DNA of 63,352 bases, filler included, from Choristocarpus tenellus KU-1152 (GCA_964200185.2; 12 parts of 12 records of this genome joined end to end with filler, not necessarily neighbours in it), one strand, 5' to 3'. Positions 39,901-53,477 are shown, numbered from the whole stretch's first letter. Notes: generated from the sequence alone by a model not told the origin. Program-made: numbers and translations.

Positions 39901-42474
39901 ATACTTACCACCCACCTTCTTCCACCCATCTATCCCTGGTTGAGCTTCGACCTCCCAAAGTCTTCCCATCAAGTCTCATCCACCCTTTCATACACATCCA
40001 ACTCTACACAAAAATCAACCCCATGCTATGTGACTCAGGCCACGCATATCTCAATTGGTGAAGAAATCAGTGGGCTTTGCCCCCCTGGTGTTTGGCGCTT
40101 CTTTAGCTTTGACCTCCCAGGTGTGGGACCTGTCCTGAAGGTGTCCCTGAGGGTCCTGGGGGGCAGTAATCCCAACTTAATTGTGTCCCGAGGTCATGTG
40201 CCAACTCCCACGGAATACCACTGGGAAAGCACATCATCCCAGGTCATGAATGCGATCAAGATCCATCCCCATGATAAGAAGTGAGAGTGATCGTGGGGAG
40301 TGGTTTGGGAGGAGAGAAGGGTATGGGAGAGACAGAAATATATTCGGCACCAATGCAACATATATATACATTTGACAACGTGCACCCTGAAAAAGCCCCC
40401 CTGTTGACCTCTGCACTCCTATGACCGTCTTTCAGCTACGGCTCCGGGACTTACTATGTTGGGATAATGTCAAGTGACAGAGCCTCAAGATTTGTACTCC
40501 ATACTTCAGTATCTACATCAGAAGGAGGGGTATCTCAGCATATGAGGGCTGCTACAGTTCTTGTGGACCGATTGTCCCTAATGGCTGATATGAGTCCTGA
40601 TGTAAGATGAGGTTTATTCCATCACATCACCAAGTCGGCGGTGTTTGTGACCCTATAGCACTTGGAAAATATGCTTTGGCAGTGATAAAGTACCCTGAGC
40701 TGCGGTTCAACAGTTGCACTATGTATCATTGTTTTTACTACAACCTTTATAGTGGTGCGCATCTACCCACATTAATCATCATCCCAATATCTTTTGTGAG
40801 TTGTAAGTGGTTGTTCCTCAACCTTTTACGTGTTCGATATTTTCCCTTCAACCGTTCTTTACAACTGATTTGAAACCCTAATGAACAGCTTGAGAGAAGG
40901 GACGCTGAAACTCAAGACCTGCATCATTTTGTATTTTTTAGCCACTTGTATTTGTTGCCTAGTTTTTCTTAGCAGACTCTGCGTGCATGCACATGCCACA
41001 TTTTTTAGAACTCTATGAAATACGTTCAATATCCAGAATAATATTCAACGACTCAGGAAGGAGTTGGAGAGAGAGAGAAGTGGGAAGGAATTAGTTCTAG
41101 ACAAAGGTCTTGATGTCCTCCAAGCAAGCCTGTGAGACTCCTGCTGACCCCAAACACAACATCTTCAATAACGTATTCGTTTACAACGGAAACGATGGTC
41201 TCTGATACGGCAAGAACCCTATGTCAACGGAACATCATGGATTCGTGAGACACTGTACCTGTAAATTAAATAGACAATACAGCAAGTCGTATCAGTGGTA
41301 ATTTCAAAATAAGAATTGTATCAGTTGTTCAGAGCAGAGGACATGGTACGAGCAGCTGTATTTTGATCAATAGAGAAGCACACATGCGTTACTCACACCA
41401 ATACATTGGGGTGCATTTACAATGTAAACCCCCTTATCTCCTCAATGCTATCATCATTTTCTATGACAGTGGAGTCAGGATTCTGCTCTTTCTCAACCCT
41501 TCCCTTGTCATTTCCGTGTTGCCTTCCTTCATGGCATTGATGCATGTGGCAAACTACAGCGACTGGCCAAGGACTTCCTTGGAGCCCAGCTAGAGGTAGA
41601 GGAAATGCTGAATAAGCGCAAGGAGGAGGTTCTGCAAAGAAAACCGTCCAATACGGAGGTTCCTTCGCATTCCGAAGCATCTACTTGTCCAATCACTGCA
41701 TTCCCTTCCCTGCCTGGGCGTTTGTCTGTAGCACCTGTTTGTGGTACACCCAACAATCAAATATTCCCATCTCAAGTGATAGGGGTCAATGATGAGACAG
41801 CCTCAGCAAGGCAACTATCAGATGTGGAATTGCAGGGTGACTGTACTCTGAAGATGGTTGTTAAATGTGTGAATGAGAACGAAGATATTCAGGGTCAATA
41901 CAAAGGTGTTATTCACCAGGAGTCAGAAGGCGAAGGATTATCCCCATCCAGGAATCAATTCGAAGAGGCCGGCGGGGAGGACACATCACAAGTTGCAAGG
42001 GAGGTGGATGCATTGCAACCAAAGGAGGGAGAAGGAGGAAGAGAAGTCGAGGTTGAGCTTGGGGACTTTTATCACAACAGCATCAACAACAGCAGTAGGG
42101 AGTCTGTATCCTCAGCGAGTGATATAGGAGCACTACTCTCTGCCCTCAGACTGCAGGAGGAAGGACTCTCAGCAATGGCTATCATGGATTTGCAAATGGC
42201 ACGTCTTAAGTTGTCAGGTCATCCTTCAAACACATTAGCCTGTGCCCCATGCCCTGTGCATGTCACTGGATCTTCCGCAGAAAGAAGTAGTGTCTACAGC
42301 AGAGGTTATCGAGAGGATGGTTCCACCATCTCAAATCTACCATTGCCAACAATACGCTCTGTTGATAGTGCTGGTGCTGGAAGGAAGGGTATGGGGAATG
42401 ATAGTTCCCCAGGAAGGCCTAAATTGGGTGACACACAAAGAAAGGAAAGGCTTGGGATATCTCCTATCAGGTAG
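30967..42474 (+). CDS. Large multi-exon protein: E/R/K-rich coiled-coil or single-alpha-helix region, then a PPC-like beta-sandwich domain, then a disordered region; partial
   Basis: Exons 30967-31087, 31473-31627, 32777-32869, 34097-34155, 34644-34816, 36840-36946, 37536-37716, 38565-~38669, 39152-39298, 40039-40280, 40436-40601, probably ~41037-41106, and 41594-~42470; the defined junctions are phase-consistent. Domain text: GVWRFFSFDLP...LKVSLRVLGGSNPNLIVSRGHVPTPTEYHWES...IKIHPHDKNYGSGTYYVGI. Confidence 0.8.
32361..32620 (-). mobile_element. MITE family A copy 8 (intronic)
   Basis: Full length; 3-bp flanks aga/aga. Confidence 0.9.
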
Positions 42475-42515
42475 GAGAATAGGCCGTTGCACTTGTAGCC
42501 AAGGGTTACTAATTT

Positions 42516-42920
42516 GGCTCAAAGTATCTGAGGGGGGGAGGGGGGGGGTCTACACCAGGGTGTCCATTCAGGCCCTGACCAGGAGGAATGCACTTGCATT
42601 ATGAGCTAAAGTATCTAGAGGGTAGGACCGCGTCCATTGGGGGCTATCGTGTTGATAGGAAGTGTCAGTATTCTGTTCTAGATACACATTTTCATAATGT
42701 ATACATTTTACCTACTCCGAAATATTTTGGAATAAGAAAATGTCCTCAAAAAACCCATGGAAAGCCAAGCCCCAAATGGACAAACAGGGAAAAACATGTA
42801 TCCTCTAAGATGCTTTCTCTCTTATCCATCTGACGCATACAAGCAAATCACCCAAACATCACAACATGGAAAATGGGCCCCCGATGGACAGCCACCACCC
42901 CCCCCCAGATACTTTGAGCC
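42516..42920. mobile_element. Complete MITE family B element carrying a nested family A insertion
   Basis: TIRs ggctcaaagtatctgaggggggg ... ccccccagatactttgagcc. The interior aligns with 60711-60861. Confidence 0.85.
42603..42821 (-). mobile_element. MITE family A copy 9 (internal deletion, nested in family B)
   Basis: 4-bp TSD TTAT; the empty site is visible in the B copy at about 60755-60771. Confidence 0.9.
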
Positions 42921-43632
42921 AGAGGGCATATGCGGGAAACAACAATGTGCNNNNNNNNNNNNNNNNNNNNNNNNNNNNNNNNNNNNNNNNNNNNTTAATT
43001 AATTAANNNNNNNNNNNNNNNNNNNNNNNNNNNNNNNNNNNNNNNNNNNNACCTTCAGGGTATACCTTCTACATGATATTCAAGATAGGTAACCTTCAGG
43101 ATATACCTTCTGTGGAATGTGGCTCTCGCAGTAACCCTAATCCTAATTCGAACTCAAAAAAATAATAAAAAAATAGCATAGAGACATATGGGGTTTTGGT
43201 TATTATTTTTTCTGACTTTTTCGTAATTGTACTCCCCTTTGTGACAAAATCCGTCCACCTTATTTCAGAATTCAGTTGGCGTTTATTGTTATTTTAGTTT
43301 CTGTTATTGTTAATTCACTAATGCCACAACAACGTATAAATGTCTTATTTTGTCTTATGGTACCACCCATATCTTAACGCAATAGCCACTAGGAATATTT
43401 TCCGATTCTTTGGTTTTTGTGATGTAAATCATATGTTATAATGGAACTACGGACCATCTATTTCTATCAGAATAGAAGAATGGAAACAACTAGTAGAATT
43501 TCGAAGTTCGAAAGACTTTCCACCTCAACCCCAACAATGTCGAACTTGACTCCACCTCCCTTCAGCCACAACTACAAGTTCACTCACAGCAAAATCTGTT
43601 CATACACGACAATCCCAAGTTTCAAGTAAATA

Positions 43633-44403
43633 ATGGACGCATTCAAGAAACAAGCGGAAGGTGTGACTGGACAGGTACAGGAGGGTGTCCAGGAAGTGAT
43701 CGAGACCGTAAAGACGGGGGCAGCTGATGTGGCACAAGATGTCCAGGCCAAGGTCACCAGCATTGCCCAAGGCGGTAGCAGCTCAGGAGAGAGCGTCGGT
43801 GGTGAGTAGAGAAACTTCCTGAGGAAGTGGAGTATTGACTCGTCGAGCTTGTTGCGTCTACTTAGCCTCTGTCAGTCTTCGTTGCTGTAGTTAGTATTCG
43901 CAGCATCCCTCAGTCTTTGCAGCCACTAACATGAAGTTGAGCAACTATCAATATCTATAGAGACAACCTGCGCCGTAGAACTAATGCACTGACCGATACA
44001 TGAACATATGTGGATGCTAGTGGTGCCAATTAATTATATACCGTTGGTCCTGGGATCAAATAGAGCAATACATATTTTCGCCTTCTCAGAATCTAGAACA
44101 GGATCCTTGTTGTGTACCAGCTGAGGTAGGAATCCGTTAGAGATCCATCCCATAGCAAGGGTGGGTGACACAACCAGCAGGGATGTGCACACGTATTTAC
44201 TAGTGCAGGACCGAGATGATGGAACTCTTATTATGTATGCATCTTGTCTCACTTTCACCGCTTGCTTCTAATCCCACTCCCTCCACTTCGATGCCACTCG
44301 ACCCGCGAAACATGTTCAACCACTAGACAAAGCCGGAGAGGCCGCGGCAGCTGTATCTAGTGCGGCGAACAACGCCATGTCTAAGATCTCAGCCCCGAAA
44401 TAA
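43633..44403 (+). CDS. Small 81-aa two-exon protein with 11-mer amphipathic repeats (LEA group 3/perilipin/synuclein-like helix type)
   Basis: Exons 43633-43801 (g|gtgagt) and 44327-44403 (ctag|ac), 246 nt from ATG to TAA: MDAFKKQAEGVTGQVQEGVQEVIETVKTGAADVAQDVQAKVTSIAQGGSSSGESVGDKAGEAAAAVSSAANNAMSKISAPK*. Confidence 0.8.
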
Positions 44404-47184
44404 GACCTGATATTCTCTTACTGGAAGCCCGCCACGCTGCTGTTTGAGACTGCGCGTTTTGGTATTGTTGGTGCCTAACGTTTTATGTTTCTACGCTGCG
44501 ATAAATAGTTCATTTTTTTTGTAGATGGGCTCGATCCCCTCCCTGGTGAAGGGTCCTAGTTGACACTTTTTATTTGCTCTTACCAAAGAGCGTGTTCTCA
44601 ACGGTGCGGTAGTGCAGAGAGTTGAATATTTGTAGAGTTTGATCGATATGTCGACCTTTTGATGTTTCAAACTGGCATGGTGTTTAACCTTGGGTTGCGG
44701 GACTTACGACGAAACATGGCCACAGAAACATTGATCATTGACTACAACTTCCAACCTTTCAAGACAATGTAAATTGTGCGTTGGAACATTGCATTAAATA
44801 TTTCGAAGGAGGACCAGTTCTGTCGTTCTGTCATACTTTGACAAGGTAGATAGAAGAGACAGTTTGGCATATACTAGATATGTAGATATTGTGACGGAGT
44901 TGTCAGTGTGGGCAATATGGTGCCAGTCCTTGTTCATGGAGGTCAAATTATGGAGGTCAAGATGTATTTAGTTTGGTGATGGTTCTTTGTTCGGTATAGC
45001 AGTTGAAAGAAATGGTGTATCTTTTTATCACATTATAATGAATAGTACCATCACACATTATTTTCTACTATTTCCTATCAAGATATATATATATATATAC
45101 TTGATGTGGCAACAAGGAGATTTGTGCAATCCTCCAGCTCGCTCACGAGGTCCTCGGTACCATGCCAAAGGAAGTGAAGGTCATGGCAAATTGATCGTGA
45201 AAACAGTTCACAATCATACAAGCATGAGATGCCAGGTTTGCAATCCATACGTTTCAAGGACAACAGCAACTGTCTTGTTACGTTCTATCTCTTCCTCTCC
45301 ACTGAATAGTAACTGGTACACTTGCTGACTTGCTGAGAAGAGGGTCCCTATTGTGTACAGGAAGAGAGGGATGTAGACCAGCTAAGGGATGTCATACTAT
45401 GCGAAGGAGGTCATAGTCTTCCGATGTTCCTTCCTTCATAGCAAAGGAGGATTATACCCACCTATTTTTCTATGACTGACTTTGTGTTGATCTCTGATTT
45501 TGTGTTGGTATCTGATTTATGATCCCATGGAAATTAAGAATCCACATCTATGTAAGCAACCCGTTTGTAGTGAAGTTCATATATATATATATATATGAAA
45601 TTGCGCAATTCACAAGGCCATGCTCCACACCCCAGTAACCAATATCGAAGGCGTTATTGACCAGGGGTTGGCAGAGAGCAAAAACAAAATCGCAATGTGG
45701 GCCAACCATCACCTCAACATGCTTAATAAAAAATCCTTGGGTTAGAGGTAGAAGAGAAGGGTTGGAGTCTGACGATAGCTTAAAACATCGACTGATTTGT
45801 GACTATCAATAACTTACGATTAAGTTGTAAGACAACAAGTGACGATACTAACAATAAAAAACGCAGATCCTGGCTGCAGATAGCACAACCAGTATCTCAT
45901 CTACCCTCCTTTTTTATGACTTTTCCCGCCAATTTTCTGCCCTTGGTTTGTCCTCATTTTTTGTGCCCAAACCTGTATCTAATTCGGTCAATAAATAGCA
46001 TCATGAGCAATGCCATGGTATATTCACTGCCCAAGGTACGAACTGGGAATTCCTGCACTGGTCAGAAATACCTATATCCCACTTCACAGAAATATTTAAC
46101 TTCTCTCTTTGATGTTACAGATATATCTTAAATGCTTCATTAGTCTCTGTGGGGACTATACCCATAGTCAGAGGAGTTACACTGCAATACTTCTCTTATA
46201 ATGTACTGCCGCTAACTGTTGCTCTACGACTTGTTGTACTGCCTCCATTTGTGTTTGCTTCTTCTCAAAACTTGTGCTGGGCCACCCTAATTGTCACTCA
46301 GCAATTAATCTTGCAACATCGTTCTTGATCTGACGTTTTTGTGGCATAGCGACAGATAGGATATTACAGGCGCACAATCCGTGGTGCTTGCCACATGGAT
46401 GATCATCGAAACCACTATTCCACGAGAGAAGTATTGTACTAATGGTGTTCGAACCCTTCAAATCTATGGAGGACACATCCTCGATATTACTGGTACTATT
46501 ATGATATTATTAGATAGGCTTCTATCCAAAACTGTGTTTTGCAAGAGTGCCAGTGAATGTTGAAAAGAAAAATATAATATGAATTTGTCGTGGAGTAAGA
46601 GGTCATGGGTGGTGAAGTTTTGTTGAAGGAAGGAGTTGGTGTTGCAGAGAGGCACAAACTTAAGTAGATAGGCAGGAGGAGACAGTTCGGCGTGAATGTA
46701 TCCAGTGTTGGGGTGGTTAAGTCCCCGAGTATGGGCAAATTCCTCCCACTCACGCTGTTTCTCAATAGAGGGCAGATCCCAGGACGGCGAGTCGTTCAAA
46801 CCATTGCGTTAGCAGATGTTTTCCTGCAAGTCTTCCTTTGTTGTGTTAGGTGGGTGCCTCATATGTCTTTCCTATTCCTTGTTGTCAACTGTCTTCACAT
46901 ATTACTCTTTTTTTGCATAATAATCGCACATTTTTTAGCGAGAACAAGGTGTTCACCTTAGTGTAAGAGGTTGGTTCACAAGTAGTCAGAAGAAGGGACA
47001 CACTGCTTGAAAATATGCAAATAATACATATTATTACAACTGTGGAATCAGAAAGATGGAGAAATGAAATGAAAGAGTACAAGGAAAAAAGAAAGGATGC
47101 AGTGTATCTTCACGGCAACGAAGAGAAAGACAGGTGTAACGATGCACACATGATGTACACACAATACTTGTAATAATGCAAAGA

Positions 47185-47438
47185 GAGTCAAAGCAATTGA
47201 GAGATAGGCAGGTTTGTATCCTTTTGCATTCTAATATATATTTTTTGCTGTGTGAATTACACTAGTTCTTTGCCTTACATACACAATAGTGTACACAAAA
47301 TTAATGTTCTTTTTCACACACAAAGTGACACCACATTTAATCAAAGGTTCTTTCTACAATTGTATAAAATTACGCATTTTTGGTCTTTAGCGGGATCCTT
47401 AAAGTGCAACCCTGCCTACCTCTCAATTGGTTTGACTC
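47185..47438. mobile_element. MITE family D copy 1 (~254 bp)
   Basis: TIRs gagtcaaagcaattgagagataggcagg ... cctgcctacctctcaattggtttgactc. The body is homologous to 62233-62499 and 62741-62982. Confidence 0.8.
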
Positions 47439-47951
47439 ACACCCAATACTTGATATGGGACATCAGTAGTGTCAACGAATAAGGCCAGATGACCCGGTCT
47501 TAACTTGCTGGAAAAGTGGGAAAATAATTTTCTTTGTTACGCCAGGCGCATCCAATCCCAAACAACATTTAACACATAACGTCACACAATGGAAGGTAAG
47601 GAGAAAGGCAAAGAGGGCAGTGAAAGTTATGAACCCCCAAAGAGGAAGGCAATCAGAAAGACGATCAGAAAGACGATAAGAAGATATGAGGAAAGCAGTA
47701 TTCAGGAGAAAGTGTTGAGTGTGCATGTAACCTGATCTGCTTTGGCTAGTTTAGCTGCTGCTTAAACACGATGCGCACCAGATATCAAGGCTTCGTTGAA
47801 GGGCCAATCTGCAGGGTCCTGGGAATGTCCCCTTCTTCAGGGACCACCAACGTAATATTTTTACTCTTTTGCTGCATTTTCTATGCCTAACCCTATCTCC
47901 AGACCTAACCCTAAGCACTGTTTGAATAAGTTGAAAAGAAGTATGACAGGG

Positions 47952-48026
47952 GAGTGAAATTATCTTAGAGGGTACGAGTTTTGCCCTGTTTGTCCATTTG
48001 GGGCTTGGCATCCCATGTTTTTTTTA
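47952..48026 (+). mobile_element. MITE family A copy 10 (cut by contig end)
   Basis: gagtgaaattatcttagagggtacgagttttgccctg... Confidence 0.88.
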
Positions 48027-48126
48027 NNNNNNNNNNNNNNNNNNNNNNNNNNNNNNNNNNNNNNNNNNNNTTAATTAATTAANNNNNNNNNNNNNNNNNN
48101 NNNNNNNNNNNNNNNNNNNNNNNNNN

Positions 48127-51086
48127 TCTGTATGGTGCTGTTACACTCTCCCACATGTTCTTGTTGCTCATGTTCATCGACCTCTTCATTCACTGGATGC
48201 ATGTAGAAAGGTGATTAGTTATATTTTGGTAGTCAAAGGGCCTGGGGGAGGGGGGGGTATCAGGGGTTATTAAGGGAAAATAGAGGGGGCTTTAAGTGAA
48301 GATTTTCAGAAGAGTGGAGAGAGGAACATCAATATCTGGTGCATAGGCTTTAATTTGTTCTCCAAAAGGAAAGTATATTTTGACTATATTTTATTCCAAA
48401 GTTTGCTTTCAGAAGACTACGATGACTAGTGTATAGTTCCAGTTTTGTGCTTTAAGTGTTGAAATTGTTCCTTGTATGGAACATGATGAAAGCCCCACCT
48501 CTAGCTCACTCGCCCCAGCTGTGATTGTCACCAATTGAGGTAAGGATTGGAAAAGGTTCACACCTTGGACAATGTAATGCTCAACGCTAGTATTACCCTA
48601 GAATACCTGACCATATTTGATATATAATGGATGGTATACATTACAGAGTTAGGGCCACTTTGTTCTGTAAGATCCAGTGACCAGACAACGTGCAGGGGTC
48701 AGTTGTTCTATATTGTCCATTGTCCAGATTATGCCGGAGTTCATTCACTGCAAACCATTTGTTGTCTTGTGCTATGCTTATGGGCAATGTCTCTTGTCAG
48801 GTCAACATTCGGCACCAGCTGCTCTATGATTTCCATGTACCAGAAAAAAACTTTGGTTCTGTTTTTCTTAATTATGGTTCTGCGGAGCGATTCACTTCCT
48901 CATTATTGTTCTTTTCCTCCCTATAGTTTGATCTTTTTTAAAGCAACAAAAACAGAATTCTAAGGAACATTAGTAGTAGAGGCATGAAATATGCAAAAAC
49001 AACAAAATATCTGTTTGTTGCATTTGCTCTCAATGATTGTTACAGGACGAAATCTCAAGCCCATTTCTCCTATAATGCTTGTCGTCCAGCAAATGCTTGG
49101 GCCTAACTGCTCTGTAATGTCCGTTGTCCCTGATGATGCTTGGGGTCATTTGCTCTGACGCTTTTGGAGGTAATCTTTTGAGGGTTCTGATTTGTCGGTG
49201 AGGATCTTGTTCCTTCAACAACAGGATGTCCGTGGTGTTTCGCCCTGTGTTTCTTCTCATTCCCCTAGTTCTTGCAGTTCCTACCCCCTGCTACGACAGA
49301 TGTTGTCCAATAGCCTTTCCACCTTCTTTCATCACACCTTAAACCTTCCTACTGTCTTCCAAGAGAGTCCCTGGTACAACTTGCACTAGTTGCCATGCCC
49401 TCATCCTTTGATTCAAGGGAATTGACCACTGAGGATGGAAGAGAAATCAGCTTAATGCTAATCTATGCCAAGACCAGCTATGTGTTTGTATTTGTTGGTA
49501 GTGTTGTCTAGCTTCCCCTGCTCTGTTGACGTACTTTGTTGACTGAAGTTCCGTGTGGGTTTTCAAGATGTCATAGTAGATTGTTACCCATTCTGAAGGT
49601 ACATACTGGATTTTCTCCATGCCACGAATGAACCTGAATTAGCCATTTTCCCTTTCTGATCAATTAAAAACAACTTCCTTGAAAGCCCTTAAAATGTTCG
49701 GATTTGAGTATTGGGTTGATGGAAAATCAAGGACAGCCTAATTAACAATACAACTGACTCTTGCTGGGGCTTCAAATATTATCCAAAAAAATATGCTCAA
49801 AAATGATCATTGAATAGGTTAGGAAGGGCGTGGTTAACAAGATGCATACCAGATAACATCAATGTTCATTTTTTTTTTTGTATGTCCATGCCCAAGTCAT
49901 ATCTCTGCCTCCCCTCCCCTCACCAACTTGCTCACACATATTGAATCCATGGCAAACACTCCACACCCTAATCCCAGCGTTCGAGGACATCACAAAGCAG
50001 CAGACACGCTTGCTGGAAGGAATCCTGTGATCCGATTGTTCTATGGTTGCTACCCGTTCTTTGCATACTGCTGTGTGGGAACAGAGATGTTATATGTGCT
50101 GCTCTTTGTCTTGTACCACCAACCGGAGGCATCTTTGGCACTGGGTTGGGGTGGGTTTGGGTTTTCTGTTTCCATTGAAATGGTGAGTTGGGAGTGAGGG
50201 GAGGGGGGGGAATCTAGAGGAGGGATGGATCGATGGGACCTGCTTTCCCATGGCGAAGCACTTTCTGCTGCGTGAAAAGAACATGGCTGAATGGAATAGA
50301 GACGGAAGAACGTTGTGTCATTTTTGAAGCTAGTGTCGTGTTTAAAGCAGTTGAGACATTCTCGTGATAGCTACGTGTAAGAATGGGTTTCTACTCTGGG
50401 AATGAGTGTGTCCACTTCATTAGGAGAACGTGGATTGACTGGGTTTGCACTAAACAAATTTTGTCGAGCAGTGTTGCCTGGTTAGTTGGGATTGGTCGTC
50501 GAGGTCCAATTAGTAATGCTCAACTACTCACTAGTACAGTAGGTACGGTAGGTGTGCTGCAAAGCTACGAGGACAGCTAATGAGGTTCCCCACCCAAGAT
50601 GAAACCTTTTGAGGCTTGTTCTCAATCTTCCCCCTCACCTTTAAGAAGGGGACAACATAGGCAAGGTAGAGTGAGGTAAGATGCTCATCTCCCACATGTT
50701 GACATTTCTAATACCTAAACATTATCTATCTTACAGGATAAGTGCATGGAATAATCAGATAGTTGGATTGAGCAAGTATATTTTTCTGTGTCAGTTGAGA
50801 ACTCTGAATGCAGCTGTTTCCTATTTGTGTCTTAACATACACTGTACTTGCAACAGAAGGCAATGGGGGAAAAAAAAAACTCCTCCCCCTTCACCTTTTC
50901 CGCTCCCTTTTCTCCTTTTCCTTACCAACTTGACAGGTGTGCTACTGGTGGTGCCTTCCAGCCTGCTTGTGTAAACAGGTGGTTAACATAGCACAACTAT
51001 GTGCAGCAGCCCATTCCTTGGCATCATTAGGAGTAGAATCCCAGGACGGTGACAGCAGGGGAGCCATAGAGGGAAAAGCCAAGTGA
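48127..51086 (+). CDS. PIS1: Phosphatidylinositol synthase (CDP-diacylglycerol--inositol 3-phosphatidyltransferase), 3' exons
   Basis: Exons 48127-48210, 49978-50182, 50937-51086: FIDLFIHWMHVESVRGHHK...RNPVIRLFYG...AYCCVGTE...CKQVVNIAQL...AK*. This matches the PIS/CDIPT C-terminal DxxxHW, HK, N..LR.YY, C.G.E and KQ..N..QL motifs. Confidence 0.88.
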
Positions 51087-52910
51087 TTTCATTCTTGTAG
51101 AAGGAATGTTTATGCTGTAGTTGTGACTACCGGGGAGAAGGGTAACAAATTATCTTCTCATGTAACTACTGGAAGTGCTTTTCTTAGAAGGACTATGGGT
51201 TTCGGGTGCTACTGGAGTGTGTTAGTATTGTTTGTGCTCTGAAATAGTCACTGTAGTAAAGCTTTGCTAGCTGGTTTTTTACTTGAAGTCATGATTTTGA
51301 ACATCCAAGTTGCAACCTTGACGAAAGGAATCTCAATGGATTGTTGCCGACTGATGTCTGAAATCCATTCACATATATAGTTGGTAAGTAGTATTCCGGA
51401 CTACCTCACACAAATTTTAGACCACTCGATCAGCGTTGGAGTTGCTAACCTTGAGTCTCTTTAGCTGCATCCTTTTGTTCAAGGGTAGGAGAGATAAATG
51501 AACAGCAGCGCAGTAGAGCTGCATGACATGTGCCCTGGAAATCTCTCCGGGTAGTCCTATCAGAGGTGGTACATGAAAGGGGCCAATGCTTCAAGTAGTA
51601 CTTTGAGTGGCCTGTGAATTGAAAGTAATGCAGATACATGCTGGAAATTGATGTGTGATCCAACAGTTGGGTGTGGCACATCGAGATTCCTGAAATGTGA
51701 TGAGGTGAGGTATTGCTTTGTTGCATTGCATTATGATGTATGGCGCTACAGAGCGCTGTGTAATTCTTGTTGATCTGTAGCACTGCAAACCTCTTGTCAT
51801 TTCTGAAGCATGATGAGAGGAGTGGGGTGGGAATTGGTTCCCAAACCCCAGTTAGTGGGGCTCCTTGGTTGGCTGTGAACGGACTGGGGTGCTTTTTATT
51901 TTTCATTGTTTCTACTACTTACCATCAATTGCTTTGAACAATGACTATAATTTTTAGTGATAGCATCAGATTGGATCATTTGTACTGCTGCAGGTATTGT
52001 CCAAATACTCCCTTGCTTCCCGTTTACATGCCAAAGCAACACTAGCGTTCAGTGTTCCGTGTTCCCCAAATGCTTCAACTTAAAGTTGCTACTCCAATTA
52101 TTCTGTCAACCAGGTATATATTCGTATGTATGTTGGAGGTCATCGATGAAATGAAGAAATTGTGGCAAACAAGTTGGAACACCTTTGCAGTCATTTCTTT
52201 GTGAGAGGGCAACTGAAACCGTAACATTCTTATCCATGTTAGGAAGTAGTTATCACAGATTCTAGTTGTGTGCTGACTACATAATTTTACTGCATCCAAA
52301 ATGAGAGCTCCTGCTCCGTACTGAAGGAAGAAATGTGGGAAACGTCATAATGGTGACAATAAGAGTTGTGTTCCAACTCATTACGTTTTCTATCCAGTGT
52401 GTAGTGCTTATCAATTCATATTTCACGTAAAATTTTAAAATAGAAATGTCAAGTGATGGCAGCATTATTACTACGTAGCAAAGATATCAGCTGGTGACAA
52501 CCTTGACCTTTATCTTCCCGCTATCAAGCTTTTGCCTTGCCTGCCACCCCTGACTGCTGTTTTGATGTATTAGAGTTTTTCATTCACCAGTTTAGTTGAT
52601 TACTGATGCACCCTGAAAACACGACAAAAGTCATTGCCAGGTTACGACTCTGAAGTTTAGAGGCGTGCTATTGACAGTTTTGTAATGTTGATGTGGATGT
52701 TTCGCTTAGTGGAGTGGATGTGGAGTAATAATTGTGATCTGTAAATTGTGCCAGTGTGTTAGGGGTTTCCCCAAATATATGTAAAGGTGTTTCCAGCGAT
52801 TGAGATCCAGGAAAACACCTGATCTGCTAACTGACCAGTCGAGAAATCTCACTTGACATCTTTGCAACGTAGTACGTTATAGTTGGATGTAACAGCTCCA
52901 TTACATAATA

Positions 52911-52975
52911 AACAGCCGATTTCAAAAATTGAGGATGGAGCTTTTCATTGAGGATGGGCTTGACCCAAAATTGAC
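52911..52975. mobile_element. MITE family C copy 2 (cut by contig end)
   Basis: 65 bp identical to the reverse complement of 29673-29737. Confidence 0.92.
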
Positions 52976-53075
52976 NNNNNNNNNNNNNNNNNNNNNNNNN
53001 NNNNNNNNNNNNNNNNNNNTTAATTAATTAANNNNNNNNNNNNNNNNNNNNNNNNNNNNNNNNNNNNNNNNNNNN

Positions 53076-53136
53076 TCTCAACATTGGATTTTGAACCCAG
53101 ATGGACGCGGCCCTACCCTCTAAGATACTTTGGCTC
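53076..53136 (+). mobile_element. MITE family A copy 11 (cut by contig start)
   Basis: ...atggacgcggccctaccctctaagatactttggctc. Confidence 0.88.
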
Positions 53137-53477
53137 TACACACCCGCAGGGCACACCCGCATGAAGCTGGGGATGTGCACGTGTTTGGCAGGAGTAAATG
53201 CTTGTTATTTGGCATGACATTTAGTAGGGTCTTCCATATCTCATTCGATCTGGGGGTCATGGGGAAGGAGGATCGCATATTTGATAGATACTATACATAC
53301 ACTCCAATATAAATCCGGTCTCCTCTACTTTCTACGACAATATATATTTTTTATCGTTTTCTTTTAATATCTGTAATATTTCGTGTACGTATGTGGAAGC
53401 AATAGTTCAGATTTTTGGTGGACTTGGGCAGAGCTCACCAGAAGGTATGCTTTTATAATGCAGTGAGCAGCCATACT

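Noticed and set aside
46100-46900. Possible degenerate DDE transposase or retroelement on the minus strand
   Set aside because: No motif was recoverable with enough certainty to name a family.
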